64,000 bases of DNA from Malacoraja senta (GCA_038087875.1 CM075988.1:18416001-18480000); one strand, 5' to 3'; shown: positions 38,006 through 51,091, counted from the stretch's first letter. The notes: generated by a model from the sequence alone, not told the origin. A program made the numbers and translations.

Positions 38006-38077
38006 GTCCTCCCTCCACCACCTCCAGTTTAAATTCCATTTGGAATATTTTGGAGGACCAAGAAACCAAGAACCAAG
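37050..38077 (+). mobile_element. 5'-truncated young CR1-group non-LTR retrotransposon, distinct from the resident CR1/HER1
   Basis: RT motifs GTPQG/VLGP.LFLLYIND, LFADD and YLGI; C-terminal SFFPRTIKAWNNL; 3' stem-loop and (AACCAAG)n tail; AAACG repeated at both junctions within a CR1 tail. Confidence 0.9.
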
Positions 38078-38738
38078 AAACGCAGGCAGGTGGGACTAGT
38101 GTAGATGGGGCATGTTGGTCGGTGTGGGCAAGTCAGACCGATGGGCCTGTCTCTACACAGTACGACTATCTCATTAATTACATCTCGGCAAAGTTAACAA
38201 CTCAAATCCCTCATTAGAAATCTCATTTATTAAACCACTTTTTAAGTTAAATATCCTTTCTTTTTGAAGTTTGCACCTCCTGTCGACAAATTTTAATAAA
38301 TCAACTCCCAATCGTCAGCCTACAAAAATCCTACTGTACCTAATTAACCATCAGAACAGGTTTCAATAAATATTCCAATGCAACACAGTTTTGCAAATAA
38401 GGCTGCTACATTTTTAGAGGGCCGTGCAACTGGATGTCTGAGACAAAGCGTTGCCAGTTTTTACATAGTGATCATCAGGAGGCACTTTTCAATACAAAAA
38501 TGATGGGAAAGGAATGCTTATCATTTACATGACACCATATACCACCCACTGTTGCTCAAAGCAAAATGGCTTACGTTGCATTTGAAATGGACACACATTG
38601 AGTACTCTAGTACAGAGCGTTTTAGAATTGAGCATCCTGTTTGACCACCTTGAAATGGTATTTTCAAACAGACAAGAAACAATCCTTGGGGACATGTCCC
38701 AGGACAAGGAGGGTGAAATCACAGTCATAGAGCGCGGA

Positions 38739-38899
38739 TCATGACAGAAGGGGGGTCATGACAGAAGCCTCCTCGTGGCGATCCCTGGAAGCGACGACGC
38801 GATGCACTCTGTGACGCGTCGGGCGACAATTCTGTCAACATGTTGGATGACGACAGAAGCCAACAGCGAGCTATAGGTCGTCTGACACACAAGCGAGCG
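38739..38899. mobile_element. Unclassified CpG-rich insertion in a CR1 tail
   Basis: 12-bp TSD ATAGAGC(G/A)CGGA at 38727-38738 and 38900-38911. Confidence 0.55.
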
Positions 38900-39371
38900 A
38901 TAGAGCACGGAAACCGTCCCTTCAGCCCAACTCATCCATGCCGACCAATATGTCAAAGCTAAGCTTTGTTCCATTTCCCACACTTGGCCCAAATTCCTCT
39001 AAATCTTTCCTATCCATGTCCTATTCCTATCCATATACCTGTCCAAATGTCTTTTAAATGCTATTGTACCTGCCTCAACTACTTCCTCTGGCAACTCATT
39101 CTGTATACCCACCACCCTGTGAAAACGTTGCCCTTCAGGTTCCTATTAAAACTTTCGCCTCTCACCTTAAACCGATGCCCACAAGTTTTTGGGTAAAAGA
39201 CTGCATTCAGCTTATCTACTATTCCCCTCAGGATTTTATACACCTCAGCCTTCTGTGCTCCAAGGAATAAAGTGCTAGCCTGTCCAACCTCTCCCTACAG
39301 CTCAGGCCCTCGAGTCCTGGCAACATCCTCGTAAATCTTCTCTGCACTCTTATCAGCTGACTGGCATCTTC

Positions 39372-39667
39372 AGCCCCTGTCCCACGATGCGAGTTTACCC
39401 AAGAGCACTCCGGAGTTTAAAAAAAATCAAACTCGTGGTACTTCGTCACGAGTATTTTTTTAACTCTTGGACATTTTTCACAGTGGTGAAAAAACGTCAC
39501 GAGTTACCGTGTTTCCCGAGTACCTGCCGTTAGCATTACGAGCCGCTACGAGACATCCACGAGCTCCGACGTACCCGCTACGTACATTCTACGTACTTAC
39601 CACGAGTTTGATATTTTTTTTTACTCGGGAGAGCTCTTGGGTAAACTCGCATCGTGGGACAGGGGCT
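39372..39667. mobile_element. PIF/Harbinger-type MITE, family C variant
   Basis: Perfect 35-bp TIR AGCCCCTGTCCCACGATGCGAGTTTACCCAAGAGC; flanks TTC/TTA; interior homologous to 23696-24000. Confidence 0.85.
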
Positions 39668-40090
39668 TTACATGGGGGCAAGGAGACTAAAACTGAGCAC
39701 ATTGTAGCCATATTACTACAAATTGTTCAATGGCACTTTATTGACACGTGCCGAGGTACAGTGAAATTATTTTTTGCATACAGTCAGTACATGTACATGT
39801 ATATATACACAAGTGTACATGTATATACATAAGCTCATCTGAGATACAGCACAAGTGTATAGGAATAGTACACTGAGTCAATATATAGAGTGGCCAGGTT
39901 TGGCACCATTTTAAGGTCCAAATTGTTATAAGTGCAGAGTTATTTAACCTGGCCACGAAGGCCAATTTTCCTGGCGTTGTTGCAGGGTTGGCCTGGCCAA
40001 GCATAGCCACAGGTGTCCTCCAACGCTTATCTCTTGGTGCTCAGTATGTTTGTGGATTAACCTCTCAATTAAAAAATACCCATCCAAGTA

Positions 40091-40355
40091 GTTTAGTTTT
40101 AGTTTAGAGATACAGTGTGGAAACAGGCCAGCGAAGACCCCGTACACTATCACTACCCGACGCACGAGGGACAATTTAAAGAGAGCCAATTAACCTACAA
40201 ACCTGCACGTCTTTGAAGTGTGGGAGGCACCCAGAGAAAACCCATGCGGTCACAGGGAGAATGTGCAAACTCCACACAGACAGCGCCCGTAGTCAGATTG
40301 AACCCAGATCTCTAGCAGTGCAAGGAAGCACTCTACTGCTGCGCCGCTGTGCCCT
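40091..40355 (-). mobile_element. HE1-like V-SINE
   Basis: Tail, core and head on the minus strand. Confidence 0.8.
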
Positions 40356-41449
40356 CCCTAGTGTCCACAGTGTGTAGACAAAGAGATAATAAACTGGCCC
40401 CTTGAAGGGCTTGAGGTATTTAATCCTACATTCCCAACAGAAAGACTCTGTGCCTTAATAGCCAACCCTTTTCTCGATCTGCACATGCCCAACTGACCAA
40501 GCCACGATCCTGCCCTCCTGTCTTTGCCGCCTTCCCTCAGTAGCTCTTAGCTCCAGCCTACATCTCACCGCTTGTGCCTGGGATAAAACCCACAGCTGGT
40601 GATTCAGCTGGGACACCGTCATAGTGAGTCAGAGCAGGGCTCCTCCGTTTGGACCTTTGACCGTTGTTTAACAGAATGATTTCACGATGTTCTCTGATGC
40701 GGTGCGAGGGTGCAGCCCCCTTCCTCCCCTCCCCGCAATCCCTGAGCATAGCAACGCAGGCTGACAACCTGGTTACAGCAGCTCCCTCGCTGGTACACAT
40801 ACATAACAACACACATTTTAAAACACACTCAGGCAATTGAACTGTCCTATCAATACCCAGAGACTATCAATAACCAATAACTATCAATAGCCTAACTATC
40901 TACCTTATTGGAAACCCTCAGACCATCTTAAATTGGACTTTAACTTGCACTAAATGTTAATTCCTTTATCCTGTATCTGTACGCTGTAGACGACTCGATT
41001 GTAATCATGTATAGTCTTTCCACTGACTGGTTAGCAGGCAACGGAAAGTTTTCCACTGTACCTCGGTACACACCACAGTAGACTAATCCATAGTGAATTA
41101 AGATCAACCAAGTTAATGTTGATTGGGTCCACGGATAGGGAAGGGCTGTTGGGGAAGGTGAGCAGCTTTATCCCGCTGTTAAACTACTGAACTGTCCTCT
41201 CATAAGTTAGGTGTTGTCCCGATGCTCCAACCTACCTCATTGTGGACCTTGCACTTTTTCTCTGTAACTGTAATACTGTAATAGGCCCAGTACAACTAAA
41301 CTAAACCAGTTCAGTTTAGTTCATCGTGTACCGAGGTACAGTGAAAAGCTTTCCTTGCGTGCTATCCAGTCAGTGGAAAGACAATAGATGATTACAATCG
41401 AGTCATTACAGCGTATAGATAAGATACATGATAAGGGAATAACGTTTAG

Positions 41450-41735
41450 TGGCACAACAGTAGAGTTGCATCTTTACTGCGCCAGAGACACGAGTTCGAT
41501 TGTGACCACGGGTGCTGTCTGTACGGAGTTTGTATGTTCACCCTGTGACTGCGTGGGTTTCCAGTTTCCTCTCACAATCTAAAGACGTGCGGGTTTGCAG
41601 GTTAATTGGCCCTCTGTAAATTGCCCCTAGTGTGTAGGATGTAAAAGTGGGATAACATAACTAGTGTTTAGGGTGGGGATTGTTGGTTGGTGCGGACCCG
41701 GCGTGCTGAAGGGTCCGTTTCCACACTGTATCTGT
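41450..41735 (+). mobile_element. HE1-like V-SINE
   Basis: Head GTGGCAC..GTAGAGTTGC, GTTCGA B box, core. Confidence 0.75.
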
Positions 41736-44700
41736 GGAAAAAGTAGACAAACTACATTCAGCACTCTGGTATTTTGCTCTTTGCACGACCTGTTGTACCT
41801 GTGTATGGTTTGATTGTACTCGTGTATAGTGTGATTTGGTTGGATAGCACACAACCAAAGCTTTTCAATGAAACTAATGACCAGTATAAACAAATATCAA
41901 CCTGCACTTCAGTTCAGTTTAGTTCATTGTCACGTGTACCGAGGTACAGTGAAAAGCTTTTATTCCGTGCTATCCAGTCAGTGGAAAGACAATAGATGAT
42001 TACAATCGAGTCATTGCAGTGTATAGATAGATACATGATAAGGGAATAACGTTTAGTGCAAGGTAAAGCCAGTAAATGTTGAACAAGGATAGTCCGAGGG
42101 TCACCTATGAGGTAGATAGTAGCTCAGCACTGCTCTCTGGATGTGGTAGAATTCATAGGATATTTTGATCAATACATTGTTAAATCAACTCCCAGGGATA
42201 ACAGTGTAACCAACACAAGTACATACTCATTATATCTTGGATCTCAGTGGATGCAGTTTGTCAAAGCTTCTAACATGGGGATTATAAAAGTTGCATTTGC
42301 TACGTGAAAGTGGCAGATAGTTCTCAGAAATCACACCCACTTGCTCTCTTTGTGGTTTGTGGCATGTGGGATTGAAAACCCCTTCGCTTAAGCACCAGCC
42401 GGTGTTAGCAAGTGCATTATTACTCGAGCCGGTCGAGGTGTGAACAGTAACCACTTGCCAAGATGGAAAGTTGCCGCAGATTGAAAGGCCTTGCTCAAAT
42501 CTGACACTTGCCCAGGATGTCAGTAAGAGTTCGCGGAGGCTGAAGGTCAGAGCATGGGGCTGAGAAACCCCAGGCTGGCTGAGAGCGAGTGGTGTTGAAG
42601 GGAGGTGTGAACCGAAAGCTGCTGAAACAGCAACCAAGGTTACAGGTTTATTATCACACCTACCCAAATGGTGAAAGCCTTGCTTCCGCGCTATCCAGTC
42701 AGTTCATACTATATACGAGTACAATCAAACCAGTGCTGGGTTACGATATTGCAGACTCGGTGGGCTGATGGATTAGTACGGGTATCAGGAGTTATGGGGG
42801 AGAAGGCAGGAGAATGGGGTTGAGAGGGAAAGATAGATCAGCCATGATTGAAAGGCGGAGTAGACTTGATGGGCCGAATGGCTCTTAATTCTGCTCCAAG
42901 GACTTGAGAGGCCTGTTTCAATTCCGCATTTCTCAACCTTGCTAGAATCCGTGTGGTGGCACAAAGGCAGGGATAGGGTTCAGAAACAAAAGACGTGACA
43001 TGGTGGAGGATTGAATGGGCTAATCTTGCCCCTTGCTTCCACGTCCCCTTTCTGCTGCAAATAATCAACCAGAAAAGTATCCCCGATGCCAGGGCCGGAG
43101 GCAGCGTTGGGGAGGACTCGAGGAACCTGCGGCAGGAGTAAAAGCACAAACAGACAAACACACTTCTCCGATTTCAAAACACAAGAGTGTGAACAGCTGG
43201 GCAGATGTGTCTCCCACTCAACTCAATCAGACATGAAATACGAATTAACCTCATCAATATTCATTTATATTTACGCATCTCATCTGCCAGATTCGAGTCC
43301 GAACACAAGTCCCACCCAACCTTTCCATATGGCGCAGACGTACCCATTTGCAAATAAATGGATCGTTTCATTGGAACATAAAATCTTAACTGCGCCCACA
43401 GCTGATTAAGCCGCCGCTTAATCATGTTACCGGGTTATTAAGTTTTTTGCTGGGTTATTTAGTCAATGTTGCTGGGTTATTAATTTTTAGTTCTTTCCTG
43501 TAGATGTTAAAAGTGAGGTGCCGATGAACAAAGTCCATATCTCAGCTCTGGTACGATGACCCTGCAGGTCAAGAGCTTATCACCTTAAAGCAATGCCTTC
43601 CGTGGTGGACATTGCCACTCTGGGAAAACGGTTCAACTCTCTACCCTATCTGCGTCTCTTAATTTTAGATACTTCTATTAGGTCACCCCTCAGCCTCTGC
43701 TCCAGAGAAAACAATCCAATCCTTTCCACTTGTCCATGTAGCTAATATCTTATAACCCAGGCATCCTCCTGGTAAACCTGTAAAGCATCTGCTCAGAAGC
43801 CTCCACATTCTTTCCTGCAATGGGACGACCAGAAACTGGACACAACTCTCTTTTGACCATGTAGTTAACATAGAAACATAGAAAATAGGTGCAGGAGTAG
43901 GCCATTTGGCCCTTCGAGCCAGCACCACTATTCAATATGATCATGGCTGATCATCCAAAATCAGTGCCACGTTCCGGCTTTCTCCTCATATCCCTTGATT
44001 CCCTTAGCCCTAAGAGCTAAATCTAACTCTCTCTTGAAAACATCCAGTGAAGTATCCAATGAAGTGAGTGGTATGGCAAGAAACATTTGGACAGGTACAT
44101 GGACAGAACAGGTTTAGCGGGATAGGGCCAAACGCAGGCTGGTGGGACTATGGGACATGTTGGTCGGTATGGGCAAGTTGGGCCGAAGAGTGAACTGTGT
44201 GACTAAATCAATGGAATGAATTTCCAGCCACTTATGCCTATATGTTGCCAAAACCCCCCATGTTCACTACTCCTGCAAAGGCAACTAATCTCAATACATG
44301 AAAGTATTCCACTTAAAAAATATTAAAGCTGATAGAGGCCTATCTGGATATATGCCACAGGCCGACTGCCTTCAGACTAACAATTACCTGTTCTTACAGA
44401 CTGGGCTACTTCTCATCTGCAGCAAAGTTCTGCTGCCTCACATCACAGCGACCTCTGGCCCTGGGAAATCGATCTCCAATAGAACGTATTGTGGAGATAA
44501 AAGACGAATATTTTTTGTGTGTGCCTTGTGAAGATGCTTTGCATCCAACGTAGTTTGCAAATCTTCATATTTCCAGAAAAATAACAAAATGCTCTGAAAT
44601 AAACTGGGAACATAGGCTGGGAAAACATGAATGTGATTTCAAAAAGTGAACTTCCAGGAATATTCTTTTGAGGGAGGTAAAAAAAAAGAGACTGAATACT

Positions 44701-45089
44701 TAGAGCCAATGATTCAATGATATTTTATTTATCCCACGGCAGAATAGACAGCATCACTGGATTTTTGTGTCCTTCTTCGGTGTAAACCAGCATCTGCAGT
44801 TATCCGGAGATGCTGCCTGTCCCACTGAGTTACTCCGGCATTTTGTGTCTATCTTTGGTGTAAACCAGCATCTGCAGTTCCTTCTTATACACTATGTCAC
44901 ATGTACCTAGCTGGGTACAGTGAAATTCTTAGTTTTTGCATACAATACACGAAGTACGGGGAGACTCGAGAAGTATCAGGCGGCGACAAAGTTACAAAAG
45001 GTACTCATTGCCGCCTCGATGGGGGTCTCTTTTTGTTCCCCCCACCCCCTGCCTCTTTGTTAATGTTGAAGGGAGCAGCACTCCATTGC

Positions 45090-45565
45090 AGATACATAGA
45101 TACATAGAAAATAGGTGCAGGAGTAGGCCATTCGGCCCTTCGAGCCTGCACCGCCATTCAATATGATCATGGCTGATCATCCAACTCAGTATCCCGTACC
45201 TGCCTTCTCTCCATACCCCCTGATCCCCTTAGCCACAAGGGCCACATCTAACTCCCTCTTAAATATAGCCAATGAACTGGCCTCAACTACCCTCTGTGGC
45301 AGAGTGTTCCAGAGATTCACCACTCTCTGTGTGAAAAAGTTTTTCCTCATCTCGGTCTTAAAGGATTTCCCCCTTATCCTTAAGCTGTGACCTCTTGTCC
45401 TGGACTTCCCCAACATCGGGAACAATCTTCCTGCATCTAGCCTGTCCAACCCCATAAGAATTTTGTACGTTTCTATAAGATCCCCTCTCAACCTCCTAAA
45501 TTCTAGCGAGTATAAGCCAAGTCTATCCAGTCTTTCTTCATATGAAAGTCCTGACATCCCAGGCA
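45090..45565 (-). mobile_element. Young CR1/HER1-type LINE 3' end
   Basis: Open frame PGMSGLSYEERLDRLGLYSLEFRRLRGDLIETYKIL...GIRGYGEKAGTGY*; (CTATGTAT)n tail. Confidence 0.92.
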
Positions 45566-46109
45566 AAATCTTCATCAGGCCATGCATCAAAATCTTCCCA
45601 GATGGCGATGGTGGAAGATGGGAAGGGTAGAGTTAGCGGCCATGAATTCCCCTCCTGCCCCCTCAGAACACACCCTAAAGTCCCGTCTCCAGCTCGGGAA
45701 GCGGGGCACGGCAACCTCGGTGCATGGAAGCAGAGGGGCGGCTGCTGGAGGCGACGGACGGTGTGTTTGCGGTGGTCGCGGGCGGTGGTGTTGACGGAGG
45801 CGGCCGCGGGAGGCCCTACAGCAGCCGGGCGAGCGAACGAACGGATCGAACGCAGCCTGCGGCAACTGCACGGAGCGGCGGTGGAAGGAGCCGACGGCAT
45901 CGCGCTGGGCCAGGCCGAACCCTACTTCACTGATCCAGTGCCGCCACAATACCGGGCCTTAAAGCGAGAAAATAAGAAACTACAGATCTCCTTGGGCCAA
46001 GATCGGACTTTTCAAAGACTTGAAGACGCAAGATGGTGACGGAACGTGGCGGCTCTCTCTCTCTCTGTGTGTGTGTTGTTCCAGGGTTTATCGTTCTCAG
46101 TTGTGGTAT

Positions 46110-46423
46110 GATTTAGATTTAAACTTCAGAGCCAAAATAGGCACTTCGGCCGACCAAATCCCCTCCGACCAGCGATCACCTGTACATTAACACTATCCCA
46201 CACACTAGGGACAATTTAAAGAGAGCAAGTTTTTTACAGAGGGCAATTAACCGCTAAACCCGTACGTCTTTGGAGTGTGGGAAGAAACCGGAGCACCCTG
46301 GGAAAACCCACACGGCAACAGTGAGAACATGCGAACTCCGTACAGACAGCACCTGTAGTCAGGATCAAACCCGGGTCTCTGACTGTTCGGCAGCATCTCT
46401 ACTGCTACGCCACTGTGCCAACC
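46110..46423 (-). mobile_element. HE1-like V-SINE
   Basis: Core and head on the minus strand. Confidence 0.75.
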
Positions 46424-46717
46424 CTAAATATAGATGCATGGACATGCAGGGAGTGGAGGGACATGGATCATGTGCAGGTAGATAAAGGTTAGTTGGCATC
46501 AGGTTGAGCACGGACATTGTGGGCTGAAGGGCCTGTTCTTATGCTGTAGTGTTCCATGTTGTGTATAGACCACACTGTGGATTACTGAGCAGTTCTGCAC
46601 TCTCTCAGGACATTTGATTGCATTCTGGCCACACTACGTCTGGGCACGAGTGATCTGCCTGCAGGAGGGACTGACGTACTCAGAATGAGCCTGGGCTTCA
46701 ATGTAGTTGAGTCAAAG

Positions 46718-47000
46718 AGGTGGCACAGTGGCGCAGCGTTAGAGTTGCTGCCTCACAGCGCCAGAGACCCGGGTTCAATCCTGACTACGGGTGCTGTCGG
46801 TACGGAGTCTGTACATTCTCCTCATAACCTGCGTGTGATTTCTCCGGTTTCCTCCCACACTCCAAAGATGTACAGGTTTGTAGGTTAATTGGCTCGGTAT
46901 AATTATAAATTGTCCCAACTGTGTGTGGGATGGTGCTAGTGTGCGGGGATCGCTGGCCGAAAGTCCTGTTTCCGTGCAGTATCTCCAAATTAAACTCAAT
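46718..47000 (+). mobile_element. HE1-like V-SINE, near full length
   Basis: GGCACAGTGGCGCAGCG A-box region, GGTTCAATCC B box, core, tail. Confidence 0.85.
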
Positions 47001-47324
47001 TTAGATTACCCAATGGAGAACAGAGCTTATTTATATTCCTTTATTTAAATATTTAGTGAAATGAAAAGGTGGTTGTTGCTGTGCGAGAGGACCTGCTAAT
47101 GAGACTGGCAATATTCTGACAGTGCGATTGTCAGATTTCCACTAACTCCAACCTACGTAATCTCATTAACACAGTGAGACCAGGAGGATCACACAAGTGT
47201 ACTTTGAATAATAATTGATGCCAGCACGTGTGGGAGCTTGGATGGGTGGGCTAAAACCTGATGGGGGGGGGGGGGAAGGGGAGGTGGAAGGCGGAGCTGA
47301 GCGAGCGCCCTTGAGCTGTTTGAG

Positions 47325-47807
47325 GTTTAGTTTAGTTTTGAGATACAGCACGGAAACAGGCCCTTCGGCCCACTGAGTCCACGCCGACTAGCGATCCCCG
47401 CACACTGACACACACTATCCTACACACACTAGGGATAACTTACAATATTACCAAAGCCAATTACCCTACAAACCTGTACGTCTTTGGAGTGTGGGAGGAA
47501 ACTGGAGATTCCGGAGAAAACCATTCGGCTCACCAAGTTTGCTCTGACTAATGGTCACCTGTGCACTAGTTCTTATCTTATCCCACTTTTACATCCTACA
47601 CACTTGGGGCAATTTACAGAGGCCAATTAACTTACAAACCCACACATCTTTAGAATGTGGGAGGAAACTGGAGTGCCTGGAAAAACCCACGCAGGCTACG
47701 GGGAGAACGTACAAACTCTGTACAGACAGCACCTGCGGTCAGGATCGAACCCCTGGGTCTCTGGCGCTGTAAGGCAGCCACTCTACCGCCGCGTCACCGT
47801 GATGCCC
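47325..47807 (-). mobile_element. Two adjacent or nested HE1-like SINE copies
   Basis: SINE core occurs twice (47450-47520 and 47620-47720). Confidence 0.75.
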
Positions 47808-48129
47808 CAAAGGCCCAGCTGTGGTCTTGAGATTTTTGTGGACTCTTAGCTGAAGGTTTAGAATGCCGTCTATCCTCTGCCCCATAAGAGTGACGGTTTT
47901 TAGTTCATTTATTGTCACATGTACGGGGATAGAGTGAAAAGCTTGTTCTGCACGTCGTGCAGTTATGGGGCGGCACAGTGGCGCAGCAGTAGATCCCCTA
48001 AAGTGAACAAAATATCTGACAGGCACCTCAGCCCATTGATGCTGCTGGAATCGACTGTACTAACTACCTGCTGCATTTGTTATGAGAGCACACGTGCAGA
48101 GATAACCCGAGACACATTGTCACTAAGTA

Positions 48130-48427
48130 AGTTTGTTTAGTTTTGTTTAGAAATACAGCGCGGAAATAGAGTTTCCCACCGAGTCCACGCCGACCAGCGA
48201 TCCCTGTACATTCACGCTAACCGACACACTAGAGACAATTTATAATCTTAACCAAAGTCAATTAACCTGCAAACCTGTACGTCTTTGGAGTGTGGGAGGA
48301 AGCCGGAGCACCCGCGATTACGGGGAGAACGTACAAACTTTGTACAGGCAACACCCATAGTCGTGACCAAGCCCATGTCTCTGCCGCTGTGAGGCAGCAA
48401 CTCTACCGCTACGCCACTGCACCGCCC
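48130..48427 (-). mobile_element. HE1-like V-SINE
   Basis: Tail, core and head on the minus strand. Confidence 0.8.
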
Positions 48428-49852
48428 TGGAGCCCTCAACTTACGGGAGTTGAACTCTCCTGAATCAAAGACTGGGATGCAAAAATCCACGCTAACCTTC
48501 AGGAGAACACTGAGAGGCTCACTGGCTATGATGCTGCATTGTCGATGTGTGTTAAAACGAGGACAGCTTTGACCCCTGCTGTAAAAGCTCATAAGTTCAT
48601 AAGTTATAGGAGCAGAATTAAACCATTCGGCCCAACAAGTCTACTCAGCCATTCAATCATGGCTGATCTATCTATCCCTCTCAACTGCCTTCTCCTCATA
48701 ACTCCTGACAACCTTAAAAAGTCTGTTGCTCTTCTGACTGAGCTATCCGGGCCCCAGCACACTACATTAAAGAATCGCCGATATTTATCCCGCATAAAAA
48801 TAGCAGAACTAGTATGACAGAGATACAAGGAACTGCAGATACTGTAATTTTGTGCAAATTGCCAAATGCTGGAGTAACTCTGCAGGTCAGGCCCCACCTG
48901 GAGAGGGCATGGCCTGACGATGTGTCGGGCCGGGACCCTTCTTCAGACATCTCCAAACACCTCAGGTTCTAGGTTCCTCACCATTCTCTTCACCATTTCA
49001 CTGACTTCTGATATCTAGGCTCCCATCACCTCATCTTGAGTCTGAAGAAGGGTCTCGACACAAAACATCGTCTGTCCATTTCCCCCTACAGAAGCTGTCT
49101 GACCCACTGAATTCAACCAACACTTGTGTTTTTATAATCAGCAGAATGACTACTCCACGGGCTCTAACCATCTTACGGATGTAATCCGATCTTCCCCCAA
49201 CTATGGAAGTACAAGTGAAGCAAGTCACAACAACATTCAAGGCACAAACACACACACATCGGTACATTTCCACTGGCAAGAAATATTTGCACCTTGCAAA
49301 AGATCGCTCTCCAGAGATGCTCCCTGTCCCACTGAGGTCATAAGTGATCAGAGCAGAATTAGGCCATTCGGCCCATCAAGTCTACCCTGCCATTCAATCA
49401 TGGCTGATCTATCTTTCCCTCCAAACCCCATTCCCCTGCCTTCCCGCCATAACCCCTGACATCCGTATTAATCAAGAATCCATCTGTGTCTGCCTTAAAA
49501 ATATCCATTGACTTGGCCTCCACAGCCTTGTGTGGCAATGAATTCCACAGATTCACCGCCCTCAGAGTTGCTCCAGCATTTTGAGTCTATCTTTGGTGTC
49601 AACCAGTATCTGCAGTTCCTTCCTACACAAAGATTGTACCACAGCGCAGATTTAGGATGCATGTTATTTACAAGAGTTTAAATACAGTAACTATTTCTGA
49701 ATCTGATGCTGTTTGTGGAAGCGTTCGAGACAAGTCACAGAGAGTTCTTATCACTGATCGCAGAACGAGTGGGTTGCGTCTGTCGGACAAGAATAGCTCG
49801 GTGCTCCCGGGACACCGAGACTACTGAACATTCCTGCCATTCCTGCACTTCA

Positions 49853-49955
49853 GATAGACACTAAATGCTGGAGTAACTCAGCGGGACAGGCAGCATCTCT
49901 GGAGAGAAGGAATGGGTGACGTTTCGGGTCGGGACCCTTCTTCAGACTGACTTCT
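49853..49955 (-). mobile_element. Penelope-derived short element with intact hammerhead-like core
   Basis: Core at 49918-49945; 13-bp TSD TTCCTGCACTTCA at 49840-49852 and 49956-49968. Confidence 0.85.
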
Positions 49956-51091
49956 TTCCTGCACTTCATACATGAAGACAGGCCAGGGATCTCCAGGCTG
50001 GCTTCAAACGGGATCACAATTCAGTGCCAAAGACAAACCTTCCATTGTGAGACTCCTGTGGCCTTTATCACAGATCTGGGTCACTCGGTGAAAAACCATT
50101 ACCTCAGCCTTCCTATTCTGATCTTTGTCAACAGTAACGTTCTCAGGGATGGGCTCGGTGAGAGAAGGGGGGGGGGGTCGGAGGACGGGGCTATAGGCAG
50201 AACATGGAGGACTAGGTTGCCATGGCTACAGATGGGCTACCTCTTTAGCAGTCTCTTAGTAAAGAGAATGATTTACACCCTCGCCAGTTAGTGGATTAAT
50301 TAAACAACAGGCATTTGGCTGACACAGCAGGCGATAAACTTTCAGCAACAGAGACAGAAGGGTCAAAGTCGTAAATATTCCCCCTTCAGCAAAGCACATT
50401 TCCATTAATAGTGGAGATTTTTTGCTTCGAACCTCTAACCACATCGATTTAAAATATATCGTGCACAAAAAGGAACATCTTCCATCCTGACAACATATAA
50501 CACAGGCAAAGACAAGCTCCCTCCCCCCCCCCCCCCCCACTTCACCCCCGAGAGGAGGTGGGTTGCGGGGATTCGAACCCGCGTCTCTCCCCTCAACGAG
50601 TAATTGCCGGTTGCATACATCGCTACTCTGCCCAGACCGTGTCCAACAGTGACACCGCTGGCCACTCGCGGCACTGCAAGGGCACAGCGTTGTTTAGGAG
50701 TTGCCCAGTGGTGTCACTCTTGTGTAGATTTAGCAACAGAAATCCCAAAGAGACAGGCGAAATGTGTTGGAAAGGAACTGCAGATGCTGGTTTAAACCGA
50801 AGATGGACACTCAGCGGGACAGGCAGCATCACTGGAGAGAAGGAATGGGTGGCCCAGACTGTAGAAGGGCCTGTCTTAATTCTATCCAGAGATGCTGCCT
50901 GACTCACTCCAGCATTTTGTGTCTACCTATGTTAATTGTCACATGTACCAGCAATCGTTATACGTACCACTGTGGCCTGTGGTTTTACACTATTATAGTC
51001 ACCTAATATTTATTATTAACTTATGTATTGCTGATTATATTTATCTATGTGTTATTACATTAATACCAGCAAACGGAAACATGAAAGTCTT

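Noticed and set aside
38690..38711. p53-like element GGACATGTCC
   Set aside because: Only one good half-site; the second lacks the pyrimidine end and such matches are expected by chance.
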